DNA of 64,000 nt from IMG/VR virus record IMGVR_UViG_3300028485_000001, positions 21,360 to 85,359 of that record, one strand, 5' to 3'. Shown piece after piece: positions 16,861 through 26,075 of this stretch. The position numbers were made by a program, and so were the translations under genes. Source of the DNA: a virus (Duplodnaviria; Caudoviricetes). Below the pieces are notes generated by a model. That model was given only the letters and a program-made list of their open reading frames with translations. It ran no database searches and had not been told where the DNA came from. Each line of letters starts with the position of its first letter. Within the stretch, counting starts at the first letter, position 1.

Positions 16861-17581
16861 GATCGGCGCGCAGACCACCCCCGCTCAGCAGCTCGACGCG
16901 ATTGAGCAGCAGGCCGACGAGGAGATCCAGGCGATCATCACTGCTGCGGTCGCGGCTGGCCTGTCGGGCGCGGCGATCCTCGCGGTGTTGGCGGCGCTCA
17001 CGAGCGCGGTGTCAGCGGCGGCTCAGCGGGGGTTCACGGTGGGCGCTCAGATCGTCCTACAGGGGTCGGCGGGCAGGCGTGCACGGATGCGTCAGCTCAC
17101 CGTGGAGCCGCTGCCTACGTCGATTGAGGCGGACGTCCGGGCGGTCGTGGAGGACGTCGCGAGGCGCATTGATGCCGCCATCGCGGGGGAAGCGCCCGAC
17201 ACCCAGACCGCGCCCGTCACGCCGTCGCCTGCGGCCGTGGAGTTGGTCCGGTTCCGGCGGCGGGTGACCGGGCTCGCGATCACGAAGATCCACCAAGCGA
17301 CCAGCTCCGCCACCTACTCCTACGCCCGCTGGTTGGGAGTGGATCTGGTGTGGGTGACCCGCCGCGACGGCAGGGCGTGTGCGGTGTGCACGACCATGAA
17401 CGGGCGGCGCGCGGCGGCGGGGGAGCGGTTCGAGTTGCCTCGTGGTCGCGGCATCCCCCGAACACTCTGGGCGGGGTTCCAGGGATTGCCCCCGGCGCAC
17501 CCTCGGTGCAGGTGTAGGCCAATTCCGAGGGCATCACAGAACGGGCAGGGGCCGCCATCACTTTCCCAGGTGGAAAAGTGA
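16850..17581 (+). CDS. MuF-like (SPP1 gp7 type) minor head protein
   Basis: WVTRRDGRACAVCTTMNG...LPPAHPRCRC. Confidence 0.7.
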   Translation: MTAEIGAQTTPAQQLDAIEQQADEEIQAIITAAVAAGLSGAAILAVLAALTSAVSAAAQRGFTVGAQIVLQGSAGRRARMRQLTVEPLPTSIEADVRAVVEDVARRIDAAIAGEAPDTQTAPVTPSPAAVELVRFRRRVTGLAITKIHQATSSATYSYARWLGVDLVWVTRRDGRACAVCTTMNGRRAAAGERFELPRGRGIPRTLWAGFQGLPPAHPRCRCRPIPRASQNGQGPPSLSQVEK

Positions 17582-17721
17582 TGTTCTGCCTGTTCAGCGC
17601 CCTGCACGAGAGTCAGTTGACATGACGAGAGGGCCCGCATCCCCCGATGGCAGGCCCTCCCCATTCCCCCGTAGAAGCTTCGCTCCCACTGGTCACATAG
17701 TACGCCGACCGGGGAGATTCC

Positions 17722-18522
17722 ATGACGTACCACCTGCTGTGCCGATGCTGCGACTCCGAGATGGACTTCGGCGTCGTCTGCCAGACGTGTGTGGGCGGGA
17801 TGATGGCGGACCTGAGGGCGCTGTGGGCTACGGGCGACCTGCACGGGCTCGACGTGGACCTCGACATCGCGATCGCGAAGCAGAGCCGCTTCGGTGGCGG
17901 TGGAGGCGGGCGCGGCGGCGGCGACGAAATCCCCATGCTCATCGATGACAAGGCGTCCGACGTGCGAATCTACCTGCGTTCGATGCTGTCCACCTGGTGC
18001 CGAGTCATCCTCGACCAGAGCGGCGGAACACCGCCTGCGGACACCATCCCCGCCATGGCGCAGTGGCTCCACGGGCAGGGCGTCATCATCCGGTCCGCCG
18101 AGTGGGGCGACGAGTGCGTCACCCAGATCCGGTACACGGTGCGGGAGGTGCGCAGGTGTGTGGACCGGCCAGCGGAACGCATCTACGCGGGGGAGTGCCC
18201 GGACTGCGGAGGGAAGATCTACGGGCTCGCGGGGGCGCCGAGGGCGTGGTGCCGCACGGACGGGTGCGACGGGGAGATCGAAGACCCCGAAGCGCGGCGG
18301 GACGCGGCAGTCAAGGCGGCTGTGGCAGCAGCACCGGAACGACTCGTGACCGCAGCTGAGGCGTCCATGGCGTCGCGCGCGCTCGGGAAGCAGATCAGCG
18401 ACAGGTACGTCCGGAAGCTCGCCGCTGAGGGGAAGATCGTGGCCGTGCCCGGGTCGAAGCCGGCGAAGTATCCCCTCGGGCAGATCATGGCTTTCCTCGA
18501 TCGGAAGAAGACGGCGGCTTGA
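17722..18522 (+). CDS. Zn-finger/HTH regulator, candidate late-gene activator
   Basis: CRCC..CQTC, GECPDCG..CRTDGC; C-terminal HTH-like ISDRYVRKLAAEGKI; last gene of the arm. Confidence 0.55.
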   Translation: MTYHLLCRCCDSEMDFGVVCQTCVGGMMADLRALWATGDLHGLDVDLDIAIAKQSRFGGGGGGRGGGDEIPMLIDDKASDVRIYLRSMLSTWCRVILDQSGGTPPADTIPAMAQWLHGQGVIIRSAEWGDECVTQIRYTVREVRRCVDRPAERIYAGECPDCGGKIYGLAGAPRAWCRTDGCDGEIEDPEARRDAAVKAAVAAAPERLVTAAEASMASRALGKQISDRYVRKLAAEGKIVAVPGSKPAKYPLGQIMAFLDRKKTAA

Positions 18523-18536
18523 GGGCATGACGAATC

Positions 18537-18558
18537 GCCCCCTCCTTCGGGAGGGGGC
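18537..18558. terminator. Bidirectional hairpin between the converging arms
   Basis: GCCCCCTCC-TTCG-GGAGGGGGC between convergent stops 18522 and 18572. Confidence 0.8.
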
Positions 18559-18571
18559 GTCGTTGTGTTCG

Positions 18572-18925
18572 TCAGGCGGCGAGGTCGTGCTTCGCGACCG
18601 GGGACACCTGCGAGCGGGTCTGGTGCGCCAGCAGGGCCACGATCAGCGCGTTGATGGACGCCACTAGGGTCGCGTCCAGGTCGAGCCCGTAGTAGCCGAG
18701 CAGGGGCGCGACCGTGGTCACGACGGCGGTGAACGCGGCCGGGGTGACGGGTCGGACCATGACGGCCTGGACCGCGCCGAACACAGCGCCGAGGCAGGCG
18801 ACGATCAGCGGGACGGCGGCTTCGGTCAGGTGGGGTACGGACAGGGCTACTCCGACGAGGAGCGCGGCCTGGACGATGGACAGGATCTCGACCGGTTCGC
18901 GGCCGAACAAGGTCAGGGGCTTCAT
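18572..18925 (-). CDS. Holin-like membrane protein
   Basis: Several TM segments; FGREP and RSQVSP ends; adjacent to the endolysin. Confidence 0.7.
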   Translation of the reverse strand: MKPLTLFGREPVEILSIVQAALLVGVALSVPHLTEAAVPLIVACLGAVFGAVQAVMVRPVTPAAFTAVVTTVAPLLGYYGLDLDATLVASINALIVALLAHQTRSQVSPVAKHDLAA

Positions 18926-18973
18926 GGGTCTCTCTTCGCGGTGGGTGGGGTTACAGCCAGGACCAGCCGTTGC

Positions 18974-19840
18974 TCACGTGATCACCGCCTCCCAGGCGGC
19001 CTTCCAGGTCGCGGCCCCGATCAGGCCGTCGACGCTGAGCCGCTTCTCCGACTGGAAGGTGCGGGCGACGAGCTTGGTCTGGTCCCCGTACAGGCCGTCC
19101 ACGGTGATGACCCACCCGCGGTCACGCATCCGCTGCTGCCAGCGCTTGAGGTCGGCGCGGTGGGAGTAGTAGCCGGACACGCTGTAGGCCGGGCCGCTCT
19201 TGGGTCCGAAGTAGTGGCCGGACCGGAGCGGGAACGCGGGCGCCTTGCTTGTGGGCGGCTTGGGCTTCGGCGCGGGCGCCGGGGTCGGCTTGGTGGGCTT
19301 GGGGGCGCTCGGGGTGTCGCCCCCCCACTTCGCGGCCTTGCGGAACGTGCCGTCCTTCACCATCTTGTAGGCGCGGTCGCCGGGGCAGCTCGTGGCGATG
19401 AAGTCGCGGTGGCCGAGGACCTTCCCGCTGATCGACGACGCGGGTTCCATGAGCCACTCGCGGAGCTGGCGGACGGCGTTGATCTGCGCGTCCGTGACCT
19501 TGTCCTTGGGGCCCGTCATCAGCGTCACGCTGTAGTAGGTGCTGTTCCCACCGGGCTGGGCGGCCTGCGTCTTGAACAGGCCGCGCCCTTCCATGACGTA
19601 GCCGTGGCTGCAACATCCCCAGCTGTACCCGATGTCGGCCCAGCCGCGGGAGGGCCCGGTGTGGAAGCCGCGGGTTCTCTTCCAGTAGGCGACGCACGCG
19701 CTGTGGGCCTTGCTGGCGAGGTTCTGGTCTGAGCTGTCGTAGTGGATGACGAGCCCGGACTTGGGGTTCGCGGACGACGCGGGGCTGTTCTTGGACCAGC
19801 CGAAGTCGCTGCGCCACTGGAGCTTGTCGGGTTCGGGCAT
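18974..19840 (-). CDS. Endolysin: PGRP-like amidase plus peptidoglycan-binding domain
   Basis: LVIHY, GWADIGYS, VLGHRDFIATSCPGD; Pro/Lys linker; VDGLYG and VDGLIG repeats. Confidence 0.9.
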   Translation of the reverse strand: MPEPDKLQWRSDFGWSKNSPASSANPKSGLVIHYDSSDQNLASKAHSACVAYWKRTRGFHTGPSRGWADIGYSWGCCSHGYVMEGRGLFKTQAAQPGGNSTYYSVTLMTGPKDKVTDAQINAVRQLREWLMEPASSISGKVLGHRDFIATSCPGDRAYKMVKDGTFRKAAKWGGDTPSAPKPTKPTPAPAPKPKPPTSKAPAFPLRSGHYFGPKSGPAYSVSGYYSHRADLKRWQQRMRDRGWVITVDGLYGDQTKLVARTFQSEKRLSVDGLIGAATWKAAWEAVIT

Positions 19841-19898
19841 GGTGCCTCCTGGCATGCGAAAGCCCCGGCAGAACCGGGGCAAATGTGGAGAAATCGGG

Positions 19899-20201
19899 TT
19901 AGGGCTTCGCGCGCGCCCGGTGCTTGGGGCGGCGCACCTTGCGGTGCAGCACCCACCCGCTCGCGAGCACCACGGTGGCAGCCCCGTACACGAGTAGCCG
20001 CGCCACCTCGTGCATGAAGAAGTCGCCCGCCCACACACGGACGGCGACCAGGGCGGAGATCAGCACCACGGCGGCCAGGGCCGCCATGACGACCCGCCCG
20101 CCCGGGTTGGTCCACCAGCGCACCCCCATGGCGTAGTCGAGGGTGAAGCCAAGCGCCAGCAGCGCCAGCAAGGTCACGGCCACGTTTCCTGCCTCATACA
20201 T
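19899..20201 (-). CDS. Putative holin, three TM
   Basis: Three hydrophobic helices, RWWTNPGGR loop, basic tail. Confidence 0.6.
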   Translation of the reverse strand: MYEAGNVAVTLLALLALGFTLDYAMGVRWWTNPGGRVVMAALAAVVLISALVAVRVWAGDFFMHEVARLLVYGAATVVLASGWVLHRKVRRPKHRARAKP

Positions 20202-20418
20202 CAGCCCCTCCCTCGCCCGTCAGGGCTTGCCAGATCATCGGGCCGAAGTTGTTCTCGGTGCGCTGTCGTCGGAGTCGGGCGACGATGTCGCGCACCTGCT
20301 TGTCTACTTCTGCGGTCCGGGCGGTGTCGGCGTCTGCGTCCTCTCGTGCCTGTGCGAGGTCGGCGCGGGACACAGGCGGAGGGTCGAATCGGTGGCGGAG
20401 CTTGCGGCACCACTTCAT
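20194..20418 (-). CDS. Small lysis-cassette protein
   Basis: ENNFGPMIWQAL motif; overlaps both neighbours. Confidence 0.55.
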   Translation of the reverse strand: MKWCRKLRHRFDPPPVSRADLAQAREDADADTARTAEVDKQVRDIVARLRRQRTENNFGPMIWQALTGEGGADV

Positions 20419-20714
20419 GCGTCGTCCTCCCCCGGGCCCTCTTTGGCGATGCGGCGGATCTCCTCCAGGACGTGCGCGGATGTCCGCCCGATCTCAACGA
20501 ACTCGCCTAGTTGCTCGCCTTTCCGGCGGCTGTCCGCTCGTGCTTCGTCGAGGAGTGCTTTGAGCTCCGCGATGCGTTCGTCCCGGCCTGCGAGGAGTTT
20601 CGCGACTGTCCCCGATGGCATGAGGCGGCCGGTGAAGACGAGGACGGCGACGAAGCTGAGGAGTCCTAGGGCGCCGCCGGTTGGGCCTGTGAGTAGCTCA
20701 GGCAGCGCGTCCAA
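20415..20714 (-). CDS. Lysis-cassette membrane protein (TM plus coiled coil)
   Basis: TM followed by GRLMP and heptads; AAGGAG RBS, TTG start. Confidence 0.6.
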   Translation of the reverse strand: MDALPELLTGPTGGALGLLSFVAVLVFTGRLMPSGTVAKLLAGRDERIAELKALLDEARADSRRKGEQLGEFVEIGRTSAHVLEEIRRIAKEGPGEDDA

Positions 20715-20724
20715 TCGGTTCTCC

Positions 20725-20922
20725 TTACTCTCCGGGCTGGAGCGGCGGGGGCGGGGGTTCGTTCGAGTAGTCGTCGCCCTCGCCGGGGGGCGTGTCCGGG
20801 GACGGGTCCGGCAGTGCGGGCCCGGGGTCGGACGGAGCAGGGTCCGGGGTGGGGTCGGTCGGCGGAAGGACGATGGTCGGCGGGTTCTCCGGCGGTGTGG
20901 GGTCGTGCGGTTCAGTGGTCAC
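20725..20922 (-). CDS. Pro/acidic small protein
   Basis: AGGAGG RBS, GTG start. Confidence 0.45.
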   Translation of the reverse strand: MTTEPHDPTPPENPPTIVLPPTDPTPDPAPSDPGPALPDPSPDTPPGEGDDYSNEPPPPPLQPGE

Positions 20923-20930
20923 GGGTCCTC

Positions 20931-22886
20931 CTACAGGAGTGGTTCGACGGTGATGTGGTTCGGCAGGGACAGGTCGAAGTACGCGACGCTGCCGGAGGTG
21001 ATGCGGTAGTTGGGTGTGAGCGTGTACGTGGCGTTCCCGTTGAGTAGGAACGTGTCCGCGAACATGGTCTGTTGCGACGACCCGAACCCGGCGCCAGCCG
21101 AGCGGATGAACGCGCACCGTTTCAGCGACGCCGCCATGGTCCCGCCGGTCGACAGCCGGAAGCCCACCGCCAGCGAGGACGCGTCAGAGGCGTTGTTGAG
21201 ACCGGACAGGGCGATGGTGATACGGGTCCGGCCCGACCACGACGTCTTGAACGTGAAGGCGGCCCAGGTGCCAGACGGGAAGTCGTAGAACGGGGTGCCC
21301 ACGCTGTACCCGGTGAGCTGGGTGGTGAGTTCGTCCCGGATCGGGGAGTGCCGCGCCGCCGCGAAGCTCATCGTGGACGCCAGCTCCACCACGCCATCGG
21401 CGGGGTCGCGGGTGTCCGTCTGCATGTTCCACTGCTGCTGGAACATGTGCCGGGCGCCGCTGTACGTCATGCGCGTGTACGGCCGCTCAGGGCGGGCGCC
21501 CTCGGTGTGCAGCATCGCCCGCTTGCCGCGCTCCGGCCCCTCCCCTGACGCCCACGCCGGGCCCTGGACGGACGTGGCGGCGATGTCGGAGGCGTAGCGC
21601 TGCGTGAAGATGTACCCCGACCCTTGCGTGTCGCTGGGATCGGCGGCGGGCGGGGGCGTCAGCAGGATCGACGAGTGGTCCGGGAGCGCACGGATCCGCA
21701 CCTCCGACCCCGACCCCGATGACCACGTTCCGGACGCGTCACCGGAGGTCACCGAAAGGGTGGAGCTGGGCTGAGCGGCCGAGTTCGCGGCCGAGCGGAG
21801 GAGCAGGTACGCCGTGGTGTCGGTGGCCGTGCCACGCACCATCGGTTTGCCGTCGGCGGTCTGTCCGGAGCTGTCCAGGGCGAAGATCACCTGGGTGGCC
21901 GTGGCTGCGAATCCAGCGAGCGGCGATGACGGATCACCGATGTTGGATGCCGCGAGGAAGTTCGCCTGGTCCGCGGTCGCGCCGAGGCCAGCCTGCATCG
22001 TGCCGACTCGGACCCGGTTGACGACCCCGTTCGGGACCGCCTCGATGGCGCCCGTCGGCCCTGGCGCTGTACCGATGGAGAACCGGCTGCCGGTGATCTC
22101 GCTGGCGACGATGTCTCCGGAGAACACGGCGTTGCCTGCGCTGTCCACGGCGAAGATGAGTTCGTTGTCCTCGTTGTAGCCCCTGAGCCCGTCTTCGTCG
22201 ATCTCGACCCGGGCGGCCCCGGGGATGCCTGCGATGAGGGTGGTAGCGAGCACGAGGACCGCTTCGAGCTTGTCGGCTTCCACGGCCCCCGCCTGGATGT
22301 GGACGGCTTCGATGCTGTCGGCTTCGAGGTCGATCCCGGATGTCTGCAACGGCGTGGCCGCGACCTCCGCTGACGCCTCACCCTGCACGCCCCCAGTGGT
22401 CACGGGGACCATCACGACGTAGTGCGGCACGTAGGGGAGCGGCACCACGGGGAGCATGCCACCATCACCCGCTCGGCGGATCGACCCGACGTAGGTTGCG
22501 GCCGACGGAGTGAAACCGCTGCTCGTGCTGACGTGAACGGCCATGTGGTCGAAATCGACGGGGATCGCGGGGTCTCCGTCGAGGAGTCCGTCCCACGTGA
22601 CACGGAGGCCACCGAGCGACGGGGTCACGGTCGGAGCGGTCGGCGCGGACACAGGGTCGCCGCCGATGGTGACGGGGCCGACCCGGCCGTCCTTCCACCC
22701 CCACTGGCCTCGCAGTGCACCCGTGTCGTCGCGGACCTCGATGCTCTGCCCCTCCTCCAGAGAGGAGTTCGCGAGCTGGTTGCCGCGCTGGCCGCGCTTG
22801 AGGGTCGTCACCTCAGCACGGAGCTTCCCGACCTCGCGGGCGTACTCAGCGATCGCGCGGCGAGTCTCAGCGTCCACGTCACGCAC
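20931..22886 (-). CDS. Minor tail / receptor-binding protein
   Basis: 651 aa; FN3-like PTAPTVTP..GGLRVTWDG; IEAVHI/VEADKL repeats; last tail gene. Confidence 0.75.
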   Translation of the reverse strand: MRDVDAETRRAIAEYAREVGKLRAEVTTLKRGQRGNQLANSSLEEGQSIEVRDDTGALRGQWGWKDGRVGPVTIGGDPVSAPTAPTVTPSLGGLRVTWDGLLDGDPAIPVDFDHMAVHVSTSSGFTPSAATYVGSIRRAGDGGMLPVVPLPYVPHYVVMVPVTTGGVQGEASAEVAATPLQTSGIDLEADSIEAVHIQAGAVEADKLEAVLVLATTLIAGIPGAARVEIDEDGLRGYNEDNELIFAVDSAGNAVFSGDIVASEITGSRFSIGTAPGPTGAIEAVPNGVVNRVRVGTMQAGLGATADQANFLAASNIGDPSSPLAGFAATATQVIFALDSSGQTADGKPMVRGTATDTTAYLLLRSAANSAAQPSSTLSVTSGDASGTWSSGSGSEVRIRALPDHSSILLTPPPAADPSDTQGSGYIFTQRYASDIAATSVQGPAWASGEGPERGKRAMLHTEGARPERPYTRMTYSGARHMFQQQWNMQTDTRDPADGVVELASTMSFAAARHSPIRDELTTQLTGYSVGTPFYDFPSGTWAAFTFKTSWSGRTRITIALSGLNNASDASSLAVGFRLSTGGTMAASLKRCAFIRSAGAGFGSSQQTMFADTFLLNGNATYTLTPNYRITSGSVAYFDLSLPNHITVEPLL

Positions 22887-24156
22887 CTCCGGGGTAGTCG
22901 AATCGGTCGGACCGGCGGCACGTCACGGTGACCTCGCCTGTCTCAGGGCTGGTGTCGAGGGCGGTGATGCGCACCCACAGGCGGGTCGGCATCCACCCCG
23001 TGTGGGTCTGCACGAGCACATCGTCGCCCACGGCGAAAGTGCCGATGGCGGCGTTGGGGTGGTCTCGGACAGTGAAGCCCAAGATGTCCACGACCTGCGA
23101 CCAGCGGCGAAGCTCTTCCTCAGCGGCGGCTTTGCATTCGGCGACGGTGGCCAGGTCGGGGCGATCGACGCTCTTGCCTCGGAGGAGGCGGCCGTCCCTC
23201 TTGCTGACGGTGGAGCGGAGTTGCTTGCTGCCTTCGCCGGACCCGTACACGGTGATCGAGTTGGCGTAGTCGTCGCCGTCGCGGCGGACCGCTACGAGTT
23301 CGCTGATGTTCGCGCCCTCGATGAACACCTCGCGGGTGAGGCGTTTGCCGAGTCGTGGGTAGCCGAAGTGGATGTGGCGCACGACGTGCTCACGCGAGCT
23401 GTCGGCCCAGCGGAGGGATTCGAGCCAGTCGAACGGCGTCTGCGTCGCCAACGTGGTGACTTTCTGGCCGATCTCTACGTCGTCCCACCAGGGAATTTTG
23501 TACTCCCAGTACACCTGTTTGCCAGTTGCCGCTACGGGCTTCTTGTCCTTGCCGGGGTTCCAGATCTTGTCGATGGGGACGGGCGTGGACGCGACGTCCT
23601 TCGCGGGGCCGAGCGTGCCGTCGTCTTTGAGGGCGCGGGTGTTGTGCCACGCGCCGAGACGGTACGGGGTGGTGGTGTCGTCGAGGGTGACGCCGAGGTC
23701 GCCGTCGGGTTGGCCTTGAAGCCACGCCCACAGGCCCCGGACCACGTCGAGGGGGTCGACTCCGTTCCCGGTGAGGCCGTCGGTCTTCCCGCCGTAGGTG
23801 AGGTTGTTGCGGAGCGGCTGACCCTCCAGCCATCCGCTGACCCCGGTCATGTCCAGGCTCAGCTTCGGCCCGGTCGCGGTGATGCCCGTGAGGATCCCGC
23901 CGCCGCGCAGTTGGCCGGACGCCTCGGCGACGATCATGGTCTGCCACAGCTCCAGGACCAGGCCGCCGTCGGGGGTTGTGAGCGCCTGGTACTCCGGATC
24001 GATGGTCGCGGTCATCCGCCCGGGGCCGGAGAGCGTGGTCGTCAGGCGCACGTCCGACAGCGGAAGCTCCCGGTGCAGCCACGTGCCCGTGAGGACGTTG
24101 AAGGCGTAGTACCGCCACTGCGAAGCCGGGGGGAGGGGTTCCTGCAAGGGGATCAT
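22879..24156 (-). CDS. Minor tail protein (hub/Tal position)
   Basis: ELPLSDVRLTTTLSGPG...YANSITVYGSGEG; position after Dit. Confidence 0.75.
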   Translation of the reverse strand: MIPLQEPLPPASQWRYYAFNVLTGTWLHRELPLSDVRLTTTLSGPGRMTATIDPEYQALTTPDGGLVLELWQTMIVAEASGQLRGGGILTGITATGPKLSLDMTGVSGWLEGQPLRNNLTYGGKTDGLTGNGVDPLDVVRGLWAWLQGQPDGDLGVTLDDTTTPYRLGAWHNTRALKDDGTLGPAKDVASTPVPIDKIWNPGKDKKPVAATGKQVYWEYKIPWWDDVEIGQKVTTLATQTPFDWLESLRWADSSREHVVRHIHFGYPRLGKRLTREVFIEGANISELVAVRRDGDDYANSITVYGSGEGSKQLRSTVSKRDGRLLRGKSVDRPDLATVAECKAAAEEELRRWSQVVDILGFTVRDHPNAAIGTFAVGDDVLVQTHTGWMPTRLWVRITALDTSPETGEVTVTCRRSDRFDYPGGA

Positions 24157-24164
24157 GAGGCCCC

Positions 24165-25175
24165 CTACAGTTCGGCCTGATCAGCGGCCTGCTCGCGGAA
24201 TTCCAGGTCGACTGCGAAGTTCGCCCACCCGTCCGCCACGAGGTGGTTGCCCATCCCGGCGTCCGATTTGGCGTACATGCGCAGGTCGCAGGTCATGCCA
24301 CGCATCGCGGTCGGCACGTTCATCTGTGCTGCCAGCCCGGCCGAGCATCTGTACCCATTGGTCGCGCTCGTGCTGTTGAAGTTGAAGGCGCTGGCGGCCG
24401 TATAGAGGACGTTGCCACCGGATCCGATCAGGCCGACCCTGACCTGCCCGCGCGCGTCGTAGTCACCGCCTGTGCCGCCCGGCATGGGGTACATGACGTT
24501 GAGCCAGTCCGCGCGCACCTGCACCTGTGTGGCCCAGTCGGGGATCGTGACAGTCCAGTCGTGCTGGGGCCACCGCTCGAAGTCGCTGGTGAAGTCAGCT
24601 TCGTCGTAGCGCCCGTCTTCGAGGCCCTGGCCGCGCTGGACCCGCAGTTCGCGGAGTCGCTTGGGGTTGGCCATCTGGCGGACGTCGGTGATCATCCCGG
24701 ACGTGATCGTGGCCGTTGAGGAGGGGATGTCGATGCGGGCCAGGGCGACGCCCGTGGTTCCTGGGGGGACGTCGGTGTTCGTGGAGGTGACGCCCTCGAT
24801 GACACGGAAGTAGTAGACGGGGTCCGTGGTCACGTCATGCGACCACGGGGTCCCCGAAATGTTCGGGTCCTCGACGCGGAGGATGACCAGGTCGGAGCGC
24901 CCCCCACTGGATCCGGTGGGGTTGATCGGGATCTCGGCGTCGCCCACGTTGAACGCGAAGTAGCTGCCCTGGAAAGTCGCCTCCGCCCCGAGGATCGTCG
25001 CCCCGCCGGACGTCGCGCGGACGCTCGCACCCGGGACCGCCAGCGGAAGAATCCGCAGGTGCGCAGAGTCCACCACCCCGTTCCTCGACGCCGTCCCCGA
25101 CTGAAGCTGAAGGCGGGCGATCCGCGATGACGACTGCGCCCCCTCTACCGCCCAGGAGTCCATCTCCAAAGCCAT
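24165..25175 (-). CDS. Minor tail protein
   Basis: RSDLVILRV...LARIDIP..TATIT..MITDVR; tail context. Confidence 0.7.
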   Translation of the reverse strand: MALEMDSWAVEGAQSSSRIARLQLQSGTASRNGVVDSAHLRILPLAVPGASVRATSGGATILGAEATFQGSYFAFNVGDAEIPINPTGSSGGRSDLVILRVEDPNISGTPWSHDVTTDPVYYFRVIEGVTSTNTDVPPGTTGVALARIDIPSSTATITSGMITDVRQMANPKRLRELRVQRGQGLEDGRYDEADFTSDFERWPQHDWTVTIPDWATQVQVRADWLNVMYPMPGGTGGDYDARGQVRVGLIGSGGNVLYTAASAFNFNSTSATNGYRCSAGLAAQMNVPTAMRGMTCDLRMYAKSDAGMGNHLVADGWANFAVDLEFREQAADQAEL

Positions 25176-25184
25176 GCCGGTCTC

Positions 25185-26075
25185 CTAGGGGGTCTCGTAG
25201 GCGTCACGCCATGCGATGGTGCAGGTGGACTGGCCGGAAAGGTCGGTGCCGCGGTACGCGAGGACGGTCTGGCCGACGGGGAGGCGGAAGTCCGCGAGGC
25301 CGGCGCCGAACGCCAGGCCGGCGAACGAGGCGCCGTCGTCGCGGAGGATGGTTTGTGCCCATGGGCGGGTGTCGATGGTGATGCTGCGGTCCGCGGCGAG
25401 CGTTGTGTCGAGGCGGAGACGGCGGCCGGAGCCGACGAGTTCGATCGAGGGCTGCGCGACGGGGCCTCGGATGGTGATCACTGGCCACGAGGGCTTGTTG
25501 CCCGCGTTGACGACGGCGTCCTGTCGGACGCCCTGCGCACCCCAGGTGATCGGCCAGGTGACAGGCCACGTGATCCCGGTGCCCGCCGCGGTGATCAGAG
25601 TGAGGGTGACGGACCGTCCGGCACCGTCGGGGCCGTCGGCGTAGAAGCAGGAGTCGAAAGTCTGGAAGGTCGCCGTGAGGTCGACGATGCCGTTGTCGCG
25701 TTGCCGCTGGGTGGATGGCGTGAGCCGCCTCGGCCTGCCGTAGGCGATCATCGTGGGCGACCCGGGAAGTCGCATCCGCAGCGGGATCACGGCCCGTGGT
25801 GTGGCTCTGGTCGTGCTCGCGTCCCACACGGCGGCGAGAGCTGACCACGCCGACCGGGAGTCCGCGGCGGTGGTCGTGTCGGTCCACAGGTCGAGGGTGA
25901 TCGTGCGGCCGTCGTGGTAGTCGATGCCCGCCTGCTCCCCGTCCGCGCCCGGGGTGGGCTGGTCTCCCAGCCGCATTCCCGGGTCGCCGATGGTGATGTC
26001 GTCGGACTGGATCGGCGTGAGGTCGCCGAAGACGACCCCACCCAGTTCGTACTGGCGCTCGGAGAGGTCAGCCAT
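25185..26075 (-). CDS. Distal tail protein (Dit-like)
   Basis: Directly after the tape measure; NAGNKPSWPVITIRGP, TIDTRP. Confidence 0.75.
   Translation of the reverse strand: MADLSERQYELGGVVFGDLTPIQSDDITIGDPGMRLGDQPTPGADGEQAGIDYHDGRTITLDLWTDTTTAADSRSAWSALAAVWDASTTRATPRAVIPLRMRLPGSPTMIAYGRPRRLTPSTQRQRDNGIVDLTATFQTFDSCFYADGPDGAGRSVTLTLITAAGTGITWPVTWPITWGAQGVRQDAVVNAGNKPSWPVITIRGPVAQPSIELVGSGRRLRLDTTLAADRSITIDTRPWAQTILRDDGASFAGLAFGAGLADFRLPVGQTVLAYRGTDLSGQSTCTIAWRDAYETP

Noticed and set aside
17617-17660. TTGACA promoter upstream of 17722
   Set aside because: No acceptable -10 box at 16-19 bp.
20931-24156. Diversity-generating retroelement or invertible tail-fibre cassette
   Set aside because: No reverse transcriptase or invertase, and no template/variable repeat pair noticed.
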